Positions 54,001 to 63,000 of a DNA stretch of 64,000 nucleotides are shown in pieces (positions within the stretch are counted from its first letter, which is position 1; the number at the start of each line of letters is the position of its first letter). This DNA is from an uncultured Planctomycetales bacterium (GTDB lineage: Bacteria; Omnitrophota; Gorgyraeia; Gygaellales; Profunditerraquicolaceae). The stretch is taken from assembly GCA_964545575.1 (NCBI GenBank), contig CAZJFL010000001.1, forward strand, positions 221,812 through 285,811. The letters run 5' to 3'. The translations under genes and the position numbers were made by a program. Below the pieces are notes generated by a model. That model did not search any database. It saw nothing but the letters and a program-made list of their open reading frames with translations, and was not told the origin of the DNA.

Positions 54001-57000
54001 CTAAATCCATTTTAAGCCCGGATACAAAATCTTTTATACTCTTAAACTTAAAATTATAAGCTTGGTCGTTCTTAAATCCACCCTTATCAATACTATCCGC
54101 TCTTACTAGTCTCGTAGCATAGTTAGCCAAAACTCGTCTCATATGATAAAACTTATTTATCTCCAGCTCTTCAGCTATTCTGGCGCGATAGGCCTCAGGT
54201 ATCTGTTGAATCTGTTTTTTCACGTAAGCATTCAGATTTAACTTAATGATTGGCTTTAATACTAAGGTCGTTGCCAAGAAATCCCAGAAGATAAAATAAG
54301 GCATGGCTAATAAACCGTGCAATATTGCTTTGCTATATTGTTCACCCTTTAAGCCGGCAATAACTAGCGCGGCGGCAAATATACTGGCAATAATCAAACC
54401 GAACGGCGCAGGGATAGGGATAAGGAAATTGTGGATGATGAATGCCAGGGCGCTTCCGCCAAAGATAATTCCGGGGATCCGCGGACGAGAATGCCCGTTC
54501 TTTAAGAACGGACCGAAGATATAGGCAAAAGGTAATACATAGAATAATAGCTGGGCTACGACAGCATAAGGATGGAAAGGAGCAAAAATGACGATTCCCA
54601 GAAGTATCACTCCCCAGGTGATAGAGGGCCTAAAAATTTCATATAATTCTTTAAAAGATTGAGAAGTAAGGATTGCGCCTTTTGCCCCTTTACTGAACTC
54701 TCCGCTCACCCCCTCCAAGGCATCGCGCATCTTCTTTTCCTGGATGGCGTTCAGAGGTAAGAAGGTGAAGATAAGACTCCAGAATCTTTGTCTATAGGCG
54801 GCGTATCCCTTCCAGAATCCTAGCTTGCTGGTCAAAGTCCTGATGCCGCCGGCGGTAATGGACTGGGAAAGGATAAAATACAGGCCGATAAAGAATAAAG
54901 GAAGCGCCAGATATGAGAACGGTGAGAAGGAAAGGAATAAGGCAAAGATGAATATTAATTCATTGTAACGCGGGATAATCGGCTCATTGAAATAATGGTC
55001 ATTGTTCAAGAAAAGCGTCAGTTTCTGCGTCCAATGCAGATTCTCAGCTCTTAGCATCTGCTGATAGTGGACAGATAATGCATCATCAAGCACTAAACCG
55101 CCAAACCTGTCTACGAAATTAGGCATCCCGAAGTTCTCTTTTTCCCTGGCTCTTCCTAAGATCATCAGCGGACTATATTCGGTATAGTAGCCGGCCTTAG
55201 AAAATTCGTTGCCCATCGCAGAATCCTCAATATTAGACATATAGACGGCATACGACCTCATTACCGACGCCCGGATAATCATCGGGCCATAACAGCTGGT
55301 GGTACCGATTCTTGGCTCAACAGCAAGCATCCTGGTATTCCAGTTATTCTCGGCTACGCTCTGGTCTTTGTTAGTGGCGGTCATGCCTTCATCGGCAACC
55401 TGCAGATTAGTCAAAACCACGCCCAGTTTAGGATTATTAGTAAATTTGTAGGCAATAAAAGGCAGGCAGAAAGCATCCGCGGGGAACAAGGTATGCTCCC
55501 AGTCAGTATTGAAGATAACGCCGTCTAAATCATTGATAAACTTAAAGGCAAAACCCCAGGAGTTGCCCTTAGCCAACCACGCTGCCCCGGCAGGATTGAC
55601 ATCGGTGAAATCAGCGATGGCCATCGGCTTACGCTCGTTCGGGTTGTTCGGATTAAGCGCCCAAGGACCGCCACATTCATCATATAATTTCTGATGCAAC
55701 ACATCGCCGCCGACCCTGGACTTCTGCCACCAGAAACTGAAAACACCACGGTAATATCTGTCTATATTCGCTTTTACTTTCTCGTCGTCGCCGCCATATA
55801 CATGTCTTAATAATATTCCGTATGCCAAAGTGCCGGCATTTTGCACAAAATTAATGGTTTTATAAATGTTATCTACCCGGTAGACTATCCACTGGGTAAT
55901 AATCATATTGGAAAGCTCTTTTATATGCTGTTCTTGCAGGCCGAGTGCGCCGGCAATTACTTTTTTAGTATTTTCAAAGGAAAGCTGCGAGTCGGTAAGG
56001 GTTATTAAAATGTCCTTTAAGTCGCCTGCGGATAGGCCGGTCAACAACCTGTCGACCTCTTCTGCTGTAAGGTCGGCAAAGAACAGGTTGACCGTTTCCT
56101 CATCTATGCCGCCTTCCCTACCTCCCAATAGATATCTTAAATAGGCCTCCCAATCTCCGGCAAACGCTTCTTTAATCAGCCTGAATGTACTCTTAATCGC
56201 CTTCGGATCATCGAGATTCTTTTCATTTACAAAGGCATCTTGCAGAAAACCAGTGATTTTAGCGACCACCGGTAGGAACTTGGTAGATGGCCCTTCGCCA
56301 TTTAAGTATGCTGCATCGTTGGACAGAATTTGTTCTTTGACCTTTTCAAAAATATGCACTCTGCGGCCACCCTCTTCTACATACCAATTTAGATAAATCC
56401 TTGCCTGATTGAAGAACTCGACGATTTTCTTTCTAGCCCGGGGATTACGTAATTGCGGTAATATATAGGAGTCGCCGTCTATAAAATCCATCATGGCCTT
56501 TGCCTCTGCAGTAGTAATAAGCCGATAGTAAAGCAGGCCTTTTTCTATGACTAGGACTTTAAAGACATCCCTTAGGTAGCCATTTTGTCTGATGCTATCT
56601 ATTACATCTGTCTGGCGATTCAGCTTTTCGTAAGCCTTGGCGCTATCCCATTCTTCATTTAGTTCAATACTTAACCGTTTTGCCTCTACCATCAGGCTCC
56701 ACCAGCTGCGCATTGCCACCCTGATATTTATAAAATAAATCAATATGGCAACAGGCCAGCCTATTGGAGGGAGAACTCCGATTATATAAAAGAGACTGGC
56801 AGCTCCTAAAAGGAAATTAGAACCGATCCACCAATTAAAATATTTCTTAAAGAAATCGGTCTTTTCTTTAATTACCGCAGAATTTGTATCGCCATTAAAT
56901 TTATTCCTATAAAGATAGATTGTATCCAGTGCCTTTGTCCAATACGCAAAATGAAACTTAAGATATGGCAGTATTCTCCATGTCTCTAATATCGTAAGCG

Positions 57001-60000
57001 CATATATAAAACCTACAAAGAGTAATCCCGAAAGCGGAATAGTACCTATTAAAGATACAAAAGTTATAGTTAAACCAATAGCAGCCAATGCAGTAATAAC
57101 TTTTCGTATGCCCTTACGCATATACGGATATACCGGCTGCTTTAATCCTTTTTCCTGATATTTCTGCTTAAGATAATCTAGCCATTGTTTAATAATCTCT
57201 TCGATGACTTGCGCCTTCTTTACGGAGGATAAACTAAGCAGGCCTTTACCGATATCCGGTAATAATCTTTCCTGGACGGGGCAGTTGAGCTGATATTTGT
57301 TAAAGAAAGCAAAGCCTGTTATCGGGTCTCTTTTCTCTTCGGCGCAAAACTCTAATAAACGCCTTAATTCCCTATCCGTAAACATAAATGTATCTTTAGT
57401 CATCTTTTTACGCCCCGGGCTATAATAGTCCTGCCAAGTGCCAAAATCCTGGGCCAGCATTGCTAAGAAGAAACATGCTACCGGTTCGATGATTAATTTC
57501 TCCAATTCAGTAAGCTCTATGTCTAATTTATTCTTATAGGCATCTTCTACTTTATCTTTACCTAATCTATCCTGCCGCTCAGAAACCTCTACTTTGAACT
57601 TCTTCTTTAACTCTTCCAGGCCGCCCTGCTGTTCGCCTTCCGCATATAACCTGATAAGATAATAGGTAAAAGGCCCGACGAGGTCAATCTTGGAGACGAT
57701 ACGGGAAATCCTGTAGAATTTATCTTCCAGCCATTCTCTCTTGAAGACTTCAAAGGCTTTAGCCGGCTCTCTTTGCGTATGAATATTTCTTATGAGAGGT
57801 TCTATCTCCTTAATTGCTTCGTTGGGATCAAAATGTTTAGTAACTGGCAACTTATTCATCTTCATATATCTTATTTTTATATAGCCTTTATAAATTAATT
57901 TAAATGGCAGGCTGGAAAGCCACATCAGGAAGTTGATAGGTTTACCTGGCCATGTATAGAACCAATCATACCACTTCTTTTTTGTTTTAAAATTAGTTAA
58001 GGAAAGGCAGCGGGTCACCCATAGCAATAAAGCAGCCAATGAAGTCCCGAGCAGAAACAATCCTAAACCAATAACTGTAACCATAGGCTTAAACGTTCCC
58101 CTCTCTTGTGGCTTAAGGATAAAGTTATAAATCCAATTATTCTTGGAATGCTCCCGGAAGTGGATCTTAAAAAACTCTCTTATACTTCCCTTGTAATCCT
58201 TGCGGAATATCGGCCTGAATCTGCTGGTATGTTCTTTTATTGTAGCGCCTAGGAACATCAGGGTGCCATTACGCAATTGAGGTTGCTCTGCCTTAGCCTC
58301 CGCAAGAATCCGTATCCTCGGCGTATTATCGGTTAACTGATTGCCATCGACGAAGGTATTAATACCCCTATTTATTCCGGAGAGCATATTTCTGCTTACA
58401 TCGCTACTCCAAACCCACATAAACCCTGGCTTATCTTTTAGCAAGATGACGTAATGCTTAAAGTATGGCTCTTCTGACGCTGGACCAAAAATACCTAAAT
58501 ATTCTCTTTTTACTTCGTTACTAATTGTAGGCAACCCGTAGGCATCATAATATGCCCTGATGGTTTTATCTCTCAGGGGTTTACCGCGGTGAAGCTGAGA
58601 ATACAGCCTTCCGTCCAGCCTTAGAACCATTTGTTTTATGGCTTTATTATTCTCCCTGTTATCTTGCACGTCGTAAATTATTCTGTTCTCTGCGTCAAAT
58701 CTTAAGTTGCCGGTTCTTGCTCTGGCCTTCTTATTTTTGTAATATTTAGTATCGTCATGGCCCGGAACATAGTTGTAGGTAATGCCTGCTCTGGGAATGC
58801 CGACGTTGAACGGCCCGGCTTCAGCGATAGCAAGCATGCTCTTATTTTCCCCATCGGTATAACTAAAAATGGTATAGAAGGAAGGGTTCACGCCAAAACC
58901 ATCTGCGCCAATACCGGTATGCCAATCAAGCTGAGCGATAACATAGCCCAGGTTGTTATTAATTTCTTCCCTTGTCCTTAAGACATGGAGATCTATGGCG
59001 TCATTAGCAACGAGAGAGTCTAATTGCTCATGGGTATAGGTGCCACCGGATAAAACCGGCTGCCCCTGAGCATCGGTAATGATATTACCCTCTGCGTCTC
59101 TGACAAAAACTAATCCTTCTTTAGTGCGATGGTGTACATTCCCAAAGGCATCTACGCCTGTAGTCTGGGTGATATCAAAAGGCGTCTCGCTGCCGCTACT
59201 GTCGGCAAGAACTATAGTGGTGGCAGACATATCTGGAATACCGTATTGCGCATAGTTGCCATTAAAGAACTGGTAGCTCTTAAGTTCTCCCGCAGGCACC
59301 ACATACTCTCCGCTTGAATCTTGGCGCACAGTCCATTTGCTTAGCAGCCTTCCCTGCTCATCCCTTACTTCCTGCTTATCCTGAGTAATCAGCTTATCTT
59401 TGCCGGTAGCGGCATTCTTACCAAAGAACTCGTCGTGCCTGAGGTAAATAATCCTCATCCAGCCTTTACCCATCTCCAGCTTCTCCAACCCAGACTTGCT
59501 GATGGCGCCGCTGCCTGCGTTTAATAATTGCGGTTGTATATCCTTAAACACCTTGCCTGCTAATAACTGCGGTTGGCCTTTGGTATCCAAGACATAGATC
59601 TGATCCAACGAATCGTTCAGATAACGCGTGCCGTCCTTGGCAAAAAGTAAACGCAAGTCATTGTTATACCAGCCATAAGTATAAGTCTCCGCCGGTACCT
59701 CCAAATGGGAAAGCTGGGCTGCGCTATAGCTATTATGATTAAAACGGAAATCTTTATAGGTAAAGACTTCTTCTGTGCCCCTCTTGAACTCTTTACTCAA
59801 CTGCTCAATAACTACAAGGTCCTGCTGTGCTCTTAATCTAGCTAACAGGGCGTGGAGGTTGTCTCTGGTGGCATACTTATCCTTGCCCAGATACTGGCCG
59901 TTATATTCTCCCCTGAACCTGCGCTGTAAAATACCGTACTGGTCTCTCTCTTCGACAAAGAAATTGTTATTAGCTACGTCGAATGCCAGCCACTGGTCGC

Positions 60001-63000
60001 GGCCTAAGGAAACAGCAAGGCTTAAGATTTCATTAGCGGGCTTGCCATTTATATACGGATAATCCACACTTCCGACCTTGGTGCCGTTAGCATCATAGAT
60101 AATCGCTCTTATTTTACCGACGGCATCGTTAATGGAAACGAGCTCCCGCCCGGTCTGGTTATCAAATACCGAGCGCCATCTTTTTACTATCGCGCCGCTA
60201 TCATCCAGGGCCTGTATTTGCGCCGTAGTGTAGCAGGTATCATCATTTTCTAAATCGTATAAACTATTATTGAATAAGCTGTCGCCGGTCTGCCTCATCC
60301 ATTCTTTTATACCCTCTACTTCGGGATTCGGATATTGTCTTTCTGTTGGCCCGGACTGAGACTGAAATATTTTCTTGCCTACCCTATAGCCTTGCTCATT
60401 CCATTCGTAGGTCTCGCGCACAATCGGATCGCCCGCAGCATTCACCTTATGGATAACATTGTCTTCAATGATGTAGCGTTGCTTTCCTGCGGCGGTAGAG
60501 AGCTCATCCTGAACCACTTTACCGAGCGTATCCAGGCTCTGGGTGCGGGTTAAGCGCCCTCCAGAAACGAAGGGATCATTTACCTGCCAAGAAACCGCCC
60601 AGCCAATGTTTCCATCAATATTATCCGGAGATAGCCCTGCGCCATCAAGCGTGACAAACGCGCCGTTATCGGCAAAATAGTAACGCCGGGCAAGAACCTC
60701 TCTGCCGGTGTAATTGTGCTGCTGGCGGATATACTCAGGCAGAGCCGCAGCTCTTTCGTCTAAATCAACATTAGCCTCGCCTTCTACGCGATAAGTAATG
60801 TATTGCGGAATAGTTAATATGGTACCATTCTCGATTTTTACGGTATCATCCTCAATTTTTCTGGTGATGTAGCGCGGGCGGCTGTAGAACTGCGCCACCT
60901 CTTCTCCGCTAGAGGTATCCACGCCAAAGGTTCTTTCGAGCGCTCCCGCTACAGAGGTGCGCTGAGATACCACCACAGTCCTCTCGCCGCCATTAGGCAA
61001 CGGCAGAGTCACCTGATGCACGGCATCCACATAGGCAATAGGCGCGTTTTCCTCGAATAAGCCGTTGTCTTCCAGTACATAGATAGTGGAATGCAGAAGG
61101 CTGTTGATTACTTCTATCTCGTGATCCGCTAAATATACCCGCTGAATAACCCGGCCATCGGCATCTAATTTAATAATCTGGGTTAGTCCGGCGGTTAATT
61201 CTTCTTTATTAGGAATTAAATCTCCGGGTTTGATGAAATAGCCGTAGTCTTTATCTTTGAGCACCACGAGGTAATTTTCTGCCTGCAGTCTAGCTAAGTA
61301 GGCGCGGCCGTCGCCGTTTAATTCCATCACCGCATCTTTGCCGTTAAATCCGGGCAGGCCTTTGACCCGCAGCACATTGTATTTACCTTCGCGGGTGGTA
61401 GTCATGTGATAAACCTTGCCGCTATCCTGGCTGCTTAATCCCTGATTAGAATATAATTGCGCAAGGGTGGCGGTGTCAGTGACAGCGGTGCGATAACCTT
61501 GATGCGTATCCGAGCCGTACATCCAGCCGATGACTTTCTTGGCGCTCTCAGGTAAAGCAGTCCTTGCAATATCCTCTCCCTGTACGGTATAGGTATTCCC
61601 TTCTTTAACCCAGTAGAATTGATCCCCTGCCAGATAAAGATTATTCTGCAGGAAAGCTAAATCTGCCTCCAGCATCGGCATGCCGGATCTGACAATCGTA
61701 GGATATGCCGAGTTGATTCCGAAACGGATGGCCATATAATCTTTGGGGATAAGCAGAGTCTTACCTTCAGGCCCGGAAATCTTACCCCGGTAAACCCTGC
61801 CGTCTATGACAAAATCCGCAAAATATCCGTCCTTATTTTTAATAATACCTTCGGCGGTTAATTGATCGGCATTAAATGCACTTAGCGGAACAACATAAGA
61901 AAGGTCTTCTATTGTAAGCTCTACAGGAAGGATTGAATCTAAGGGATTGGCAGTAGCATAAACGCCTGCCAAGCGAATCGTCCATTGGTTAGCTACCGAG
62001 CCCCAGGAGAGCGCTGCGCTATCAAGAGTAATTGGCCTGTTGATGGAAACGCTCTCAGGCGTGTTGCTGGCCGGAGGAGCAGTAGTCATCCGCGGATACA
62101 TTTCTTCAAACGGCTTCACCGGGTCAGCTGCGGTAATACCTCTTAAATCCACCTGTTTCTGCTGGCCTTTTATCCTTAATAACGGCCCTGTTGTCAAGTC
62201 GGTACTTAAGCGAGGATTACCTTCTTTTGTCCAGCCAAGATTAGCATCGATTCTGGCAGAAGCATCCGGATCAAGCGGTGCCGGAGTTTCTAATCCTAAG
62301 GATAAATTCTTGGTGCCGTATTTGCCGTTCACATCGCCGCTTACCTCTAACTTCATCTCACTGCCGGGAATGGCAACCTCGACGTTGCCCTGGGCAACTA
62401 CGTCCTTGCCGCCAGCATAGAGGGCTTGCGCGCTGGCAGTAACCGGGCCCACGGGCAGCTTTGCTTCTGCTCCGGCATAAGGATAGAAGGTTCTTTCTGC
62501 CCACTTAGAGAGGTCGACTTCCGGCTGGAAGACTAACTTCCACATCCTGCCCTGTTCATCCTGTTTGCCGAAAGATAAACTTCCGCGCAGGAGTTTCTCA
62601 TTGACTACGATATTCACCGGGACGTATCTAGTGCTGTTATCTAAATCGTTATGTACATAAACCGAATCATTAAACTGCAAATTGCTTAACGCCGCTCCTG
62701 CGCCTGCTTCCCAGAAGAATCCGGAGGCGTATTCCTGGCGTAAATGCAGATCATGCACCTGAATCTGGTTGTTTTGGTCTAAGCCCACATCCGCATACCC
62801 GGCATAAGCCAGAGAGGTTTTACCTTTAGAGAAAGCGAAGTTATCGAATAATATAATCCTGTGCTGCTTAAACTCCCGGTATTCAGTTAATGTGTCCGGC
62901 CCGGTTTGCTGATAGGTATACTCGTCAGCTACCAAAAGACCGAAAAGATTCAGCGCATTTTCTCCTAAAGGAGTCCGGATGCCGACGCCTCTCTCGGTAG

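Noticed and set aside
9838-55749. Other short minus-strand ORFs (9838, 19927, 20571, 25132, 36010, 39448, 50962, 55525)
   Set aside because: They are alternate frames over the giant CDS, read like shifted-frame sequence, and I noticed no strong RBS, unlike 22074-22310
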